Assembly: GCA_963674695.2 (NCBI GenBank)
Contig: CAXXGI010000002.1
Location: 160,001-224,000, forward strand
Direction of reading: 5' to 3'
Length of the DNA: 64,000 nucleotides
Origin: a bacterium
GTDB taxonomy: Bacteria; UBA10199; 2-02-FULL-44-16; JAAZCA01
The notes beneath the pieces were generated by a model. It searched no databases and was not told the origin of the DNA. It was given only the letters and a program-made list of their open reading frames with translations. Numbering within the stretch: the first letter of the stretch is position 1; each line of letters opens with the position of its first letter. Below, piece by piece: positions 43,255-54,997 of the stretch. The position numbers and the translations under genes were made by a program.

Positions 43255-44970
43255 TTAGAAGAGAAGGATGGCGGAGAGGCGCATCAGCCAGCCGATATTG
43301 GCCTTGTCCCTCGGAATCGGTTCGACGATGGAGCCGGGATCGAAGAGCTGCACATCAACGTCGTAGGCACGCCCCGGAATGATGATGCCGCCCTGCAGGG
43401 CAGTGTAGAAGTTTTTGAAGAGCATCGCTTCTGCCGAGATATCGACCTCAACGCCATACCAGCGCTTCCAGATGGAGTTGGCTGTGTCGGTGAGCGCCGG
43501 CCAGTTTCCGGGCTGTGGGATGAGATCCTGGAAGTTGATGTTGGTAATCTTGCGCGGCGCCCAGGCGGTGGTGACCTGTCCTCCGACGCTGATCCAGTCG
43601 GCGAAGCCTGTCTTGAACGTGAACTTGTGCTTATACCCAGCCGAGAAATAGAGCGCGTTGTTGATGTAGTTTCCGGTGACGGGCATTCCTCCGGCGAGGT
43701 ATTCCGTGCCGCCACTGCCGCCGGCCTTCTGACCATAGAGCGAGGGCGTCGTACCCAGCGGCATATGGAACATCATGAGAGCGATCTGATAGTCCGGCCG
43801 AAAACCGAGCTGCGAGATCTTGTTCGACAGCGGCGCTTTGTCGCCGGGCGCATATCCCGCCTTGAGATTCCACGCGCCACCGAATTTATATTCCGCCTTC
43901 GCTTCAAAGGCGGCTTCGAAGACCTGCATGCTCTGGTTGCGCGGGAGCTGAATGATGCCCTCGCCAGCGCCCAGGCCGGAGAAGGGAATCGCATCGAGGG
44001 CGAGCCCTGTGGAGACCTTCCCCCCGAGGTAGAGGCCTTCGATCTCAAACGTGTAGTTCTCCCACTGATAGCGGGCATAGAGGTCGGCGAAGTAGAGCAT
44101 CGTGTCGCCGTCGATTCCGGCGGCGACTTCATTTCCGAGCGCGTCGGTGACCGTCATCGTCGTGGCGCCATCCGGTCCGTTGCGACGGCGCAGGCCCCCG
44201 AAGACGCCGGCGGTGACGGAGGGCTGTTCATAGAGGAAGAGCGCGGCATATTGCTGCGTGTCACGACCGTTGGAGGCGGGGGCGGTGGTAAGTCCATCGA
44301 TGCGCGGGTCGACCTGCGCTTCAAAAGCGATGTCCCAGAGCAGCCCGCCGGTGATCGACCCTTCGCCCTCGAGGGAATACTGCAGCAGATACATGATGCG
44401 ATCGGCGGTGTCGCCGAAATCGCCCTGCAGTTCGTTGCCGTCGTTCTGAAAGATGCCCAATCCCCAGTTCGAGGGCATGCGTCCGAAACGAAACTGACCG
44501 ACGGGCGTGAAGACCTCGGCCCAGATACGCCGAACGTTGATCGCGCCGTTTTCGCCCACGGTATTCGGGCCGGTCATATAGAAGGAGCCCGCACCGGGTG
44601 GCAGCGTCTGCGGACCGACGACCGGAGCGATGATGTTGAGTTCGCGCGTTTCGCGGGAGCCGAACAACACGTTGTCGAGGATGTCGAACGTCCCGTGGAT
44701 GGCGAGGTTGTTGCCGATCTTGAGGTTCGGATCGATGCGCAACCGCATCTGATTGTAGGAGATGAATCCGAAGCGATTATTGTTTCCAGCGGAGGCCGGA
44801 ACGTTGCGGCTCTTTTGCAGGTCGAGATCCTGCGTGCCGACGACGCGGTTACGAAAGTAGCCATGAACAGAGAAATCGACAGCCGCCGCTTCGCCGGCGA
44901 GGGCGAATGCGAGCAGGAGTGCAAAAGCCGAGAGAAAGATGCGGATTGATCGATGATGAAGCGCGTTCAT
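43255..44970 (-). CDS. Outer-membrane beta-barrel protein (myxobacterial TIGR04551-like)
   Basis: Signal peptide; VHGYFRNR, FDILDNVLFG, INVRRIWAE, GRMPSNWGLGI; terminal Phe. Confidence 0.7.
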   Translation of the reverse strand: MNALHHRSIRIFLSAFALLLAFALAGEAAAVDFSVHGYFRNRVVGTQDLDLQKSRNVPASAGNNNRFGFISYNQMRLRIDPNLKIGNNLAIHGTFDILDNVLFGSRETRELNIIAPVVGPQTLPPGAGSFYMTGPNTVGENGAINVRRIWAEVFTPVGQFRFGRMPSNWGLGIFQNDGNELQGDFGDTADRIMYLLQYSLEGEGSITGGLLWDIAFEAQVDPRIDGLTTAPASNGRDTQQYAALFLYEQPSVTAGVFGGLRRRNGPDGATTMTVTDALGNEVAAGIDGDTMLYFADLYARYQWENYTFEIEGLYLGGKVSTGLALDAIPFSGLGAGEGIIQLPRNQSMQVFEAAFEAKAEYKFGGAWNLKAGYAPGDKAPLSNKISQLGFRPDYQIALMMFHMPLGTTPSLYGQKAGGSGGTEYLAGGMPVTGNYINNALYFSAGYKHKFTFKTGFADWISVGGQVTTAWAPRKITNINFQDLIPQPGNWPALTDTANSIWKRWYGVEVDISAEAMLFKNFYTALQGGIIIPGRAYDVDVQLFDPGSIVEPIPRDKANIGWLMRLSAILLF

Positions 44971-45053
44971 GCTCCCCCAAAAAGTTGTCGCATAATACCA
45001 TGCATTTTTTCCAAAGGTCAATGAATCCGAGCGCGTAGCAATGTATCGGAGAT

Positions 45054-45085
45054 AAAAAAACGGCCCGAGTTGCCTCGGGCCGTTT
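45054..45085 (-). terminator. groESL terminator
   Basis: AAACGGCCCGAG-TTGC-CTCGGGCCGTTT hairpin with U-tract on the minus strand. Confidence 0.8.
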
Positions 45086-45116
45086 CGTTGGTGTTGCTGT
45101 GGGTAAGGCCGACAGA

Positions 45117-46793
<1,677 letters not shown>

Positions 46794-46812
46794 TTATTGG
46801 TTTCAGGTTCGT

Positions 46813-47112
46813 TTATTTCTCGAGAATGCCGAGAATGTCGTCTTCGCGCATGATGGTGTATTCGTCGCCTTCGAGTTTGACCTCGGTGCCCGAATACTTC
46901 GAGAAGAGCACGTGGTCGCCGACCTTCACGTCCAACGTATGGGTCTGGCCGTTGTCGAGCACCTTGCCATTGCCCACGGCGATGACTTCACCTTCCTGGG
47001 GCTTTTCTTTGGCCGAGTCCGGGATGATGATTCCGCCCTTGGTCATGTCCTCTTCGGTGAGGCGCTTGACCAGGATGCGATCCTGCAGGGGTCTGATCTT
47101 CGGCTTTGACAT
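46813..47112 (-). CDS. groS: Co-chaperonin GroES
   Basis: [31 protein letters not shown]. Confidence 0.99.
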   Translation of the reverse strand: MSKPKIRPLQDRILVKRLTEEDMTKGGIIIPDSAKEKPQEGEVIAVGNGKVLDNGQTHTLDVKVGDHVLFSKYSGTEVKLEGDEYTIMREDDILGILEK

Positions 47113-47148
47113 ATCATTTCCTCCTTTTGGTTGTTGGTGCGTCTGTTG

Positions 47149-47175
47149 TTAGCACTCTTTCAGTGAGAGTGCTAA
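47149..47175. promoter_or_regulatory. CIRCE element (HrcA operator)
   Basis: Exact TTAGCACTC-N9-GAGTGCTAA upstream of groS. Confidence 0.97.
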
Positions 47176-47302
47176 CTCCGTTTCGTTGGGGACCATATAA
47201 TGCTGAATCCTCCAGAGTCAAGGGCTGTCCCCTCTTTTTTCGGGAAAAATATATCATTATAGATCAACAAGTTGTGCTGTTTTGGTCTTACTCAGAACGG
47301 TT

Positions 47303-47374
47303 TGTCATCCTCCGGCTTGACCGGAGGATCCCGAAAAAACCATCGGGATTGCCCGATCAAGTCGGGCAATGACA
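47303..47374. repeat. REP-like palindrome
   Basis: TGTCATCCTCCGGCTTGACCGGAGGATCC ... GGATTGCCCGATCAAGTCGGGCAATGACA. Confidence 0.8.
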
Positions 47375-47451
47375 GGATTGGGACGCTGTGTCACGCTCGT
47401 TGACGCCCTGCGTATTGGCCTTTGTCGAAAAATCCGTATGGTTCCGGACAC

Positions 47452-48453
47452 ATGAGACATTACCTCCCCATCAGATCCGTCGCTTCGACCCTCTTCGTGG
47501 TCGCCCTGCTCTTCATCCTCTCGGCCTGCGAGGGGGTGGGCCAGGCCCCGACCTACGATGGTTTCTCCGATGCGGGTGCCCCCGGCGACGGCCCCTCGCC
47601 CTCGGTCTCGGATCGGTTGGCGGGCGAGGTCGGCGTGAAGCGCATCGTCTATCATGTGGGGCCGGTCGATCTGCCCGCGGGGACCTCGGCGCAGGTCATG
47701 TTGGAAAAGCCGCTGAATATGCGCTTTCAGACCGACGAGTCGCTCTGGGTCACCGGGTTTTCCCCGCGCGTGGTCGACGCCAACGGGGGCGAGCTCTCGC
47801 CGAAGCTTTTGCACCACGCCATCATGTCGAATATGCACGAAGAGAATCCGCTCTGTTCGGATGCGGGTGGTGGCAATCCCTTCTTCATCGCCACGTCCCT
47901 CCTCACCGAGGTGGAACTGCCGCAGGGATTTGGCTATGCGATTCTCCCCACCGACCCGATCGAAGCGAGCGTGGTCCTGGCCAATCCGACCGAAGAGAGC
48001 TTCATCGATGTCTACTTCGAGGTGGAGCTGATCGCCCGGCCGATGAATGAATTTACGCAGCTGCGCGATGTGCAGCCGTTGCTCGTCGAACTCGATCCCT
48101 GCGGCCATGGATCCATGGAGGTCGAGCCGGGCGCCTTCGTCGAACGCAAGGCGACCTACGGCGTGCCGGATGCGGGCGAACTCGTCTTTGCCCAGGGGGT
48201 GTTGCAGGACTTTGGCAGCGCGGTCGAGCTGACCACGGGTTCCGAGGTGATGCCCTTCTGGCGCGCCGAGGCCGAGCTCGATGAGGGGCATGCGATCGAA
48301 GAACTCCTGAATGATCCCTTCAGCGACGCGAGCGGCGTGGCGCTCAAAGAGAATGAAACGCTCACCGTCGGCATCGCCTACGACAACTTCTCCGAATCAT
48401 GGCTCAAAGGCGCGAGCGCGGGAGCCATGGTCTATATCGCTCCGAGATCGTGA
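47452..48453 (+). CDS. Lipoprotein, possibly copper-monooxygenase-like fold
   Basis: Lipobox LSAC; LLHHAIM motif. Confidence 0.6.
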   Translation: MRHYLPIRSVASTLFVVALLFILSACEGVGQAPTYDGFSDAGAPGDGPSPSVSDRLAGEVGVKRIVYHVGPVDLPAGTSAQVMLEKPLNMRFQTDESLWVTGFSPRVVDANGGELSPKLLHHAIMSNMHEENPLCSDAGGGNPFFIATSLLTEVELPQGFGYAILPTDPIEASVVLANPTEESFIDVYFEVELIARPMNEFTQLRDVQPLLVELDPCGHGSMEVEPGAFVERKATYGVPDAGELVFAQGVLQDFGSAVELTTGSEVMPFWRAEAELDEGHAIEELLNDPFSDASGVALKENETLTVGIAYDNFSESWLKGASAGAMVYIAPRS

Positions 48454-48520
48454 GAGAGCTGGACTTGTGAGATCGCTCAATAGCGTGATCGTGAGATGGC
48501 TCAATCGTGAAAGCGTGGGG

Positions 48521-48605
48521 TGTCATTGCGAGGAGCTTGAGCGACGTGGCAATCTCGCTTGAAACCGGCTCAATCGAGATGGCTTCGCTCGCGCTCGCAA
48601 TGGGC
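48521..48605. repeat. REP-like palindrome (degenerate)
   Basis: TGTCATTGCGAGGAGC...GCAATCTC ... GAGATGGCTTCG...CTCGCAATGGGC. Confidence 0.7.
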
Positions 48606-48607
48606 GC

Positions 48608-49552
48608 TCATTTTTTCTCGTACTGTGCGGCTTCCTTTGGTCTTCCCATCAGATTGTATCCCATCACGAGCAGCTTCTTGGTGAACGGCGTCGTCTTCGG
48701 CTGCCGTTTTAAGAGCTCCACCATATCGTAGCGCAGGCCAAACTGAAAATAGAGCTGCGCGACGAGGAGGTCTCTGCCCTCTGCTGAAAGGTTCAGCGCC
48801 TGGACCTTGGCGATATCGGCATCGAGTTTCTTCTCATCGGCTGCGGAGAGCGTGGCGAATTCGAAGCGCAGCGATTTGCCCATGATGCCACCATTGCGCG
48901 AGGCGAAGTACCAACTGTACGTCCCGCCTTTGGAGAGTTTTGCCCGCTGGGTGTTCACCGAGAGTTGCGTCGCCCCCTCCTCGATCGGAAAGATAGCGAG
49001 GCGTTTCTTGTTCGCATCGTCGATGACGATCACGGGGTTTGCCCAGTTGATTTTGGGAGCAGCATCCCAGCGAAAGAGGACGGAGCTGCTGAGGCGGATG
49101 ACCGTGCCGGTCGGTGCGATGGCATTCACCCCCAGAAGACCGGAGGCCATGAGCGATTGACCGCGTGCGCCGCCGCCCTTTGCCTCGCGTACCATCGCAT
49201 GCACGGTGGGGCCGTCTCCCTTCGCGGCCATTTCGCGCAGCGCCATCCCGATGCCTTCGCCGAGGTCGGTCTTCTTTGCCTTCGCAGATTTGGCACCGAC
49301 GGTGAAGCTTCCTCCGGCATCGATCTGGCTGATCGTTCCCGATGCATCCATCACCGCGGCCGAGGCGTTTGCGCCAACAGCGACGGTCGTGCCGACAGCC
49401 AGCTCCTGGCCGACGACTCCCGATTTGGTTTTTCCATCGGGGGTCTTCACCGTGACGGCACCCTTGGCGTCGACGAGCACGGCAGAAGCAAACGCCGGCG
49501 CGGCGATCACGATCATGAGCAGTGCGATGATGAGCGATGATGCGACTTTCAT
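48608..49552 (-). CDS. Secreted FecR-like/DUF928-like protein, partner of the CHASE2 cyclase
   Basis: Signal peptide; KGAVTV...VGTTVAVGANASA FecR-like N-terminus; GGTYSWY; downstream of the CHASE2 cyclase. Confidence 0.6.
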   Translation of the reverse strand: MKVASSLIIALLMIVIAAPAFASAVLVDAKGAVTVKTPDGKTKSGVVGQELAVGTTVAVGANASAAVMDASGTISQIDAGGSFTVGAKSAKAKKTDLGEGIGMALREMAAKGDGPTVHAMVREAKGGGARGQSLMASGLLGVNAIAPTGTVIRLSSSVLFRWDAAPKINWANPVIVIDDANKKRLAIFPIEEGATQLSVNTQRAKLSKGGTYSWYFASRNGGIMGKSLRFEFATLSAADEKKLDADIAKVQALNLSAEGRDLLVAQLYFQFGLRYDMVELLKRQPKTTPFTKKLLVMGYNLMGRPKEAAQYEKK

Positions 49553-49569
49553 AATGATCTCCTTTGCGT

Positions 49570-49658
49570 TGTCATCCCGACCGAGTGAAACGAGTGGAGG
49601 GATCTCACGTGTATCAAGAGATTCCTCGATTCGGTCTTCGACCTCACTCGGAATGACA
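49570..49658. repeat. REP-like palindrome
   Basis: TGTCATCCCGACCGAGTGAAACGAGTGGAGGGATCTC ... GAGATTCCTCG...CTCGGAATGACA. Confidence 0.8.
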
Positions 49659-49666
49659 GCATGTGT

Positions 49667-51715
49667 TCACTTTCCCATCAAATCCGTCACCAGATCCCAA
49701 TTCGGTTCCGTTCTCGCGCGTTCGATGCGCGCCAAGAGCGAGCGCGATGGTCCATCGTTGGGAAAACGATTGAGCAGCTCAGCGATGATGCGGTGCGCGT
49801 CGTCGAACTTTCGTGCCGTGAAGTCTGCAAACGCCTCGTGGTAAGGGGTGATGAACCCCCGCTCCCGCTCCGGATCCATGTCGCTGCGCAGTCCCATGAT
49901 CTCGAAGATGCGAATCGGTTCGCGTTTGCCCTTCACGCGGATGCAATCGAGCGGTCGCGAGATGACCTCGTCGCCGAGCGCCTGCATCGTCGCCTCGCTC
50001 GCCATGAGGGTCGTGTCATAGAACTTGTTCGCGCCCTCGAGACGGCTGGCCAGGTTGATCGTGTCGCCGATGGCGGTATAGTCGAAGCGTCCCTCCGAAC
50101 CCATGTTGCCCACGACGGCACTTCCTGTGTTGATGCCGATGCGTGTGACGATCGCACGCCCGCAGCGCTCCTGCCAACGCTCGGTCACCTCTGTTTCGAT
50201 GCGCTGCATGGCGATGGCGGCGTGCACGGCACAGCGTTCATGATCGGCGACATCAAGCGGCGCATTGAAGAACGCGATGATCGCGTCCCCCTCATATTTG
50301 TCAATCGTTGCGCCCTGTGCCAGCAATGCTTCGTTCATGCATCCGAGATAGTCGTTGAGAAAGGCGACGAGGGTCTCCGGATCGAGGCGCTCCGAGATCG
50401 TCGTGAAGGACGCGATGTCGCTAAAGAGGCTCGTCACCCGTCGCTTTTCGCCGCCGAGCTTCACCAGCTCCGGGTGCGCCGTCATGCGATCGACGATTGT
50501 CGGCGGCACGTATCGCGCGAAGACCCCCTTGATGAAGCGCTTCTGTTTTCCCTCGGTCAGCGCGCGCAGTCCCAGCCCGCTGCCGAAGGCACTCGCCAGT
50601 CCTGTCATCGGCGCGATGATCGGCAGCACGATGCCGAAACGAAACGCCGCGATCGCTGAACCCGCGATGGCGCAACCGAACAGGAGCGCACATCCCGAGG
50701 TTCCCCACGGGGAGAGGCGCGCGGCGATGAAGGCCATCACGACGATCCCAAGCGCGATACAGATCCACACCTGAAGCCGCGTCGGGGCGAAGAAAAACTG
50801 TTGGGTCAAAAGGCTCGAGAGGATGTTGGCGTGAATCTCCACGCCGTTCATCCGCGCATAGTCGGTGGATGGCGAATAGTACGGCGTGAGAAAGGCGTCC
50901 TTCAGGTCCGTGTAGCTCGCGCCCACGAGGACGATCTTGTCTTCGAGCCATGCGGTCGGAATCAGTCCCCTGTGCACGAGTGCGGCAGAATAGATCTTAT
51001 AGGCGTTGTCAGCTCCCCCCACGACCCCCGGTGGTCCGGCAAACCGGATGAGGATCTGTTCGTTCGGAGCGACAAACGGCGTGAGGGCGAGCGGCCCGAG
51101 ATGCGGGCGAAGCGCCTCCTCCGAGATCGTCGCGAGCGCGCTCATTCCCGTCGCGGCGTGATAGAGTTCAGCGGCAAAGGAGGGGAAGGTGCCCTGCTCG
51201 GTCTCGATGCGCACCTGTGCGCGGCGCACGGTGGAATCGAACGGGTCGAAGGGGAGGTCGGCCAGCCCCGTGCCCGCAAGCGCCTCGAGAAAGAGCGGGT
51301 CCGGCGCATCGGCGCTGCCATCGGCACGGCGCGGGAAGACGCCGTAGGCGGGTGTGCCGGAAAGCGCTGCGACGAGCATCTGATCGTCCTTCGGAAAGCT
51401 CGCCCCCTTGAAGAAGATGTCGTAGCCGACCAGTTTCGGTTTCGCGGCCATGATGCGTTCATGGAGCTGAGCGAGAAAATTGCGCGGGATCGGTGTGCGA
51501 TAGGGGAGTGCCGCCATCGTCGCTTCGTCGAGCCAGATCATGACGATCGCATCGCTCGCGCGTGTTTCAGGAGGGAAGGCGAGCATGCGTACATCGAAGG
51601 TGGTGGCCTCGAGATCCTGCATCGCCTTGAGCTGCGAGAGTCCAAGGGTCAATGCGAGCGCCACGACCGTGACGGCGAGTGTGCGAAAGATCGTGTTTCG
51701 ATGGGTTCGCTGCAT
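49667..51715 (-). CDS. CHASE2-domain class III adenylate/guanylate cyclase
   Basis: CHASE2 (VGYDIFF, KIVLVG, MNGVEIHAN), three TMs, LFSDIASFT, IDKYEGDAI, YTAIGDTINLASRLEG. Confidence 0.95.
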   Translation of the reverse strand: MQRTHRNTIFRTLAVTVVALALTLGLSQLKAMQDLEATTFDVRMLAFPPETRASDAIVMIWLDEATMAALPYRTPIPRNFLAQLHERIMAAKPKLVGYDIFFKGASFPKDDQMLVAALSGTPAYGVFPRRADGSADAPDPLFLEALAGTGLADLPFDPFDSTVRRAQVRIETEQGTFPSFAAELYHAATGMSALATISEEALRPHLGPLALTPFVAPNEQILIRFAGPPGVVGGADNAYKIYSAALVHRGLIPTAWLEDKIVLVGASYTDLKDAFLTPYYSPSTDYARMNGVEIHANILSSLLTQQFFFAPTRLQVWICIALGIVVMAFIAARLSPWGTSGCALLFGCAIAGSAIAAFRFGIVLPIIAPMTGLASAFGSGLGLRALTEGKQKRFIKGVFARYVPPTIVDRMTAHPELVKLGGEKRRVTSLFSDIASFTTISERLDPETLVAFLNDYLGCMNEALLAQGATIDKYEGDAIIAFFNAPLDVADHERCAVHAAIAMQRIETEVTERWQERCGRAIVTRIGINTGSAVVGNMGSEGRFDYTAIGDTINLASRLEGANKFYDTTLMASEATMQALGDEVISRPLDCIRVKGKREPIRIFEIMGLRSDMDPERERGFITPYHEAFADFTARKFDDAHRIIAELLNRFPNDGPSRSLLARIERARTEPNWDLVTDLMGK

Positions 51716-51793
51716 CGGGCGGATTCTAGGGAAAAGGGTGCAAGGTGTAAACGGTTCAAAAAAAACAGCCGGTGCTTTCCGGTGTTCGTGAGC

Positions 51794-51866
51794 GTCATTC
51801 TGAGTGAAACGAAGAATCCCCTGCAAACCGTGTCTACAGGGGATTCTTCGTTTCACTCAGAATGAC
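51794..51866. repeat. REP-like palindrome
   Basis: GTCATTCTGAGTGAAACGAAGAATCCCCTG ... CAGGGGATTCTTCGTTTCACTCAGAATGAC, perfect inverted repeat. Confidence 0.85.
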
Positions 51867-51877
51867 AGGCTCATGTC

Positions 51878-54196
51878 CTAATGGCGTCTCTTTCTCCTCA
51901 CCGCAATCGCCACCACCGGCACGAGGATGAAGAGGAGGTTTGCTGCCGCCGTTGCGGGCGCGACGGGCAGGAGCGTGCTGCCACAGCTCGATGATGAGGA
52001 CCCACCACCGCCGCCGCCGCCATCCAGGTCGCTCTGCGAGAGATTGCCCGTGCCGTCCAGCACCGAGGTGTCCGCGCTCACCGTGGCGATGGCGGCGCTC
52101 GCATCCACCTTGCCATAGCCGCTGTCGTTGTCGGGCGATCCGGCCTGCGATGCGGTCGAGGTGAGCGCCTGCTTCGCCTCGGCCGCCGTGAGGCCGTGGT
52201 CCTTCTCCATCATGAGCGCCACGATACCGGCGACCAAGGGGCTGGCCATGCTCGTCCCCTGATTCTTGTAGTGCGTCGAGTCGACCGTCGTACCCGTGGC
52301 GGGGGTGTACCCCTGCGGTAGGACCGAGACGATCGCATCGCCCGGTGCGGTCACGTCCGGCTTGTAGCCGCTATAGGAATAGTTCGGAGGTCCACTGCTG
52401 GAAAACGGCGAGAGCACGCCTGCGGTCGTGCCGAAGACCGTTCCGGTCGTGTCGGTCGTCGGGTCGGTGGCGTCGTGCGTCGTTCCATTCGAATCGACCC
52501 AACAGCTGTTGCTCGTGCAGGTGCCGCGATCGGCGATCGAGAGATAGGAGCCGGCCGTGATTGCACCGGAGGCCGTTCCCGGTATCGAGACGACCTTGGC
52601 ATCATCGCCATCACCGAAGCTGTAGCCGTTGCCGTTGGTCGTGCCGTTTCCGACGTCGAATGCGCCCGTATCAATTCCCTTCATAAAGTTGATCAGATGG
52701 GGTGCCCCTCCCTCGATCCACATGTCACCCGTACAGGTTGTGCCGCCGCTCGCGCGCACGATGACGTCGAGGAAGTAGCCGTCTCCCGTGGCGGTCGTAT
52801 CGTAATAGATGCCCGCCCAGGTGCTACCGACCGGCGCATAGAGGAACATGGCGCGCGGTTTTCCGTTCTGGCTGTCGGCGGCGTCGGTCGCCGCAGAGAT
52901 TTGGACAACGCCGTCATCGTCGGTCGCACTCTGATCGCTCGTAAACGCAAGATTGCCGATGTTCACGCGCGCATCGTCGGTCGTCATGCCACCGGCGATC
53001 GCGGTCGCGATGTAGTAGGCCTTGGCGGTGATGGTGCAGTTGGTTGCCATCGAGGCCGAGTCGAACCAGGCATCGACGACCATCCGGCTGATGTCGGTTG
53101 AGGGATCGCTGCGCAGGTAGACGCGGTAGCCCTTGCTCGAACCGGAGGCGACCGAAAAACTGTCGTGGATACCACCGACAACACCGGTATCGCCGGGATA
53201 GAGCGCGGGCACCGTGTGTTCATTCCCCGCTGCGATGACTACCGCGCGGCCGTAGGCGACGCCGGTTGAGGAGTACTGTCCGGCCACGGCGTTGTTGATC
53301 CCCTGCTCGAGGAGCGAGGTGTTGTCGTGTGCGCCGATGTGCGTGCCCTGGCTGATGTTGACCACGGCCGGTTTGTTGATGATGTCGGCCTTTTGGAAAA
53401 TTTCGGAGACGCCGTCGAGCACGCCGGCCGAGAACGAGGCGCCGCTCTCGGAGAGATCGTCATAGAAATCGTTGCGCACGAACATGATGTCGGCCATCGG
53501 CGCCACGCCGATGTAGCTGGTGCCGCCGCCGTTGCCCGCGCCGATGCCGGTGACGTGCGTGCCGTGACCGACGGTCGAGTCGTTCGTTGCGGCGATCGAA
53601 CAGGAGCCGGCGTCGATATAGTCCTTGGCGCACTCGGTGGCGGTGAACGCCGTCGAGGAGCTGGCCGTCAGAAACCGCAGGTACTGCACGCGGGTCGTGC
53701 CATCGCCGTTCTTGAAGTCGTCGCGCGAGTAATCGAGCCCCGAATCGATCGCGCCGACGATGACGTTCGTGCCATCGTAGCTCGTCTGCACCGTCTCCAC
53801 GTTGCTGTTGAGCGAATCGCGCGCCTTGTCCATGAGCAGGCGCATCGGGGTCGAGGCCTCCATCGCCTCCACCTCATCGAGTGCCGCGATCGCCTCGAGC
53901 TCTGAAAGCGGCACAAAGGCCGTCATGATGTCGCCCAGGATCGAGCGCACGCTGCCGCCGCGCATATCGATCTCGGCGGAGGTCAGCGCAGGATCGGTCG
54001 ATTTGAGGATGATATCGACGAGCTCCTCATCGGCCAGCCCGCCGACCGATTTGCCCAACCACGCCTTGGCGGCGGTGGGCTCGCTCGCCATCAGCCGCAG
54101 CATCGGATCCATCTTCGAGGCCTGGGCGGTATGGGGAAGCAGGAGGGCGGCCACGAAGAGGGCCAAAATGGCAGTACGCAGGAGGATGGTCTTCAT
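51878..54196 (-). CDS. S8 subtilisin-like serine protease with Cys-containing C-terminal sorting signal
   Basis: Signal peptide; GAIDSG, GHGTHV, AAGNE, GTSMASP; GGGGGGSSSSSCG + TM + RRKRRH (MYXO-CTERM-like). Confidence 0.93.
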   Translation of the reverse strand: MKTILLRTAILALFVAALLLPHTAQASKMDPMLRLMASEPTAAKAWLGKSVGGLADEELVDIILKSTDPALTSAEIDMRGGSVRSILGDIMTAFVPLSELEAIAALDEVEAMEASTPMRLLMDKARDSLNSNVETVQTSYDGTNVIVGAIDSGLDYSRDDFKNGDGTTRVQYLRFLTASSSTAFTATECAKDYIDAGSCSIAATNDSTVGHGTHVTGIGAGNGGGTSYIGVAPMADIMFVRNDFYDDLSESGASFSAGVLDGVSEIFQKADIINKPAVVNISQGTHIGAHDNTSLLEQGINNAVAGQYSSTGVAYGRAVVIAAGNEHTVPALYPGDTGVVGGIHDSFSVASGSSKGYRVYLRSDPSTDISRMVVDAWFDSASMATNCTITAKAYYIATAIAGGMTTDDARVNIGNLAFTSDQSATDDDGVVQISAATDAADSQNGKPRAMFLYAPVGSTWAGIYYDTTATGDGYFLDVIVRASGGTTCTGDMWIEGGAPHLINFMKGIDTGAFDVGNGTTNGNGYSFGDGDDAKVVSIPGTASGAITAGSYLSIADRGTCTSNSCWVDSNGTTHDATDPTTDTTGTVFGTTAGVLSPFSSSGPPNYSYSGYKPDVTAPGDAIVSVLPQGYTPATGTTVDSTHYKNQGTSMASPLVAGIVALMMEKDHGLTAAEAKQALTSTASQAGSPDNDSGYGKVDASAAIATVSADTSVLDGTGNLSQSDLDGGGGGGGSSSSSCGSTLLPVAPATAAANLLFILVPVVAIAVRRKRRH

Positions 54197-54311
54197 TGTA
54201 GAGGCTCCTTGTGTGAACGACGGGGAAAAAGCGCAAAGAAGAAACGGCATCTCCCCCCAGAAGTCAACGATTCTCGCTGCTTCTGTAGTGCCTGCCGAGA
54301 AAATGATTTTG

Positions 54312-54341
54312 TTGTCATTCCCGCGTTCGCGGGAATGACAA
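54312..54341. repeat. Short REP-like hairpin
   Basis: TTGTCATTCCCGCG-TT-CGCGGGAATGACAA. Confidence 0.8.
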
Positions 54342-54542
54342 AAGTCAGTACAGTCAGTTTCCCGGCAGGTCCTATTGTAGCAGTTCCGGTCAAAATCGGC
54401 CGGATTTGCTCATCGGACCGGTACGGGCCCTCCCCAGGGCATATAATGCGGAGTTATTTCAATGTGTTGATACGCCTCTGGAGCATGCTCCATATTGTTG
54501 CCGATATCGTGGAGGGATGGCTTCGATATGATCCGATGGGAG

Positions 54543-54929
54543 TCACTTGAACTGCAGCGGTACGGCCAGTTCCATGGCCTGCACGAAGGGGAGTTCGGCC
54601 ACGCTCTGCAGGTGCGCGGCCGTCACCGAGCCGGTGACGATGTCGCCGATCACGCTGCGCCGTTCGTAGCCGGCGCCCTTGAGCAGCGCCTCTTCGTCGG
54701 CACTCATGCGGTGCGTGGTCTTGAGCATGCACTCGAAGCGGCGAGCGCCATCCTTTTTCTCCACCGCCTCGCGATAGGCCTCGCGCGCGCGCAGGTCCAT
54801 CTTGTCCCAGGCTTGCGTCCCCTCGAAGAGCTTTGGGGGTGCGACTTTCTTCGACATGGCCTGCGCCGGTGGGAGTGCGGCGAGTGCGGTGATGACCAGC
54901 GCTATCATAATGATGGGGAGGTGTCTCAT
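54543..54929 (-). CDS. Secreted protein homologous to the S8 prodomain
   Basis: Signal peptide; RSVIGDIVTGSV...LQSVAELPFVQAMELAVPL aligns with the S8 N-terminal RSILGDIMTAFV...LEAIAALDEVEAMEASTPM. Confidence 0.7.
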   Translation of the reverse strand: MRHLPIIMIALVITALAALPPAQAMSKKVAPPKLFEGTQAWDKMDLRAREAYREAVEKKDGARRFECMLKTTHRMSADEEALLKGAGYERRSVIGDIVTGSVTAAHLQSVAELPFVQAMELAVPLQFK

Positions 54930-54944
54930 GCGCGCATGATGCGC

Positions 54945-54977
54945 AAAAAAAAGAATGGGGTCAAGCTTCGACCCCAT
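54945..54977 (-). terminator. Probable rho-independent terminator
   Basis: ATGGGGTC-AAGCTTC-GACCCCAT hairpin with adjacent A-tract, after the 54998 stop. Confidence 0.6.
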
Positions 54978-54997
54978 CTCCTTTCTGTGCGCTTGGG

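Noticed and set aside
42898-44949. 683-aa plus-strand ORF
   Set aside because: Antisense shadow of the GC-rich outer-membrane gene; it also runs across a terminator and a better small gene
48449-48515. Short GTGAGAT(C/G)GCTCAAT duplications
   Set aside because: Only two or three imperfect copies next to a REP-like element; no function can be supported
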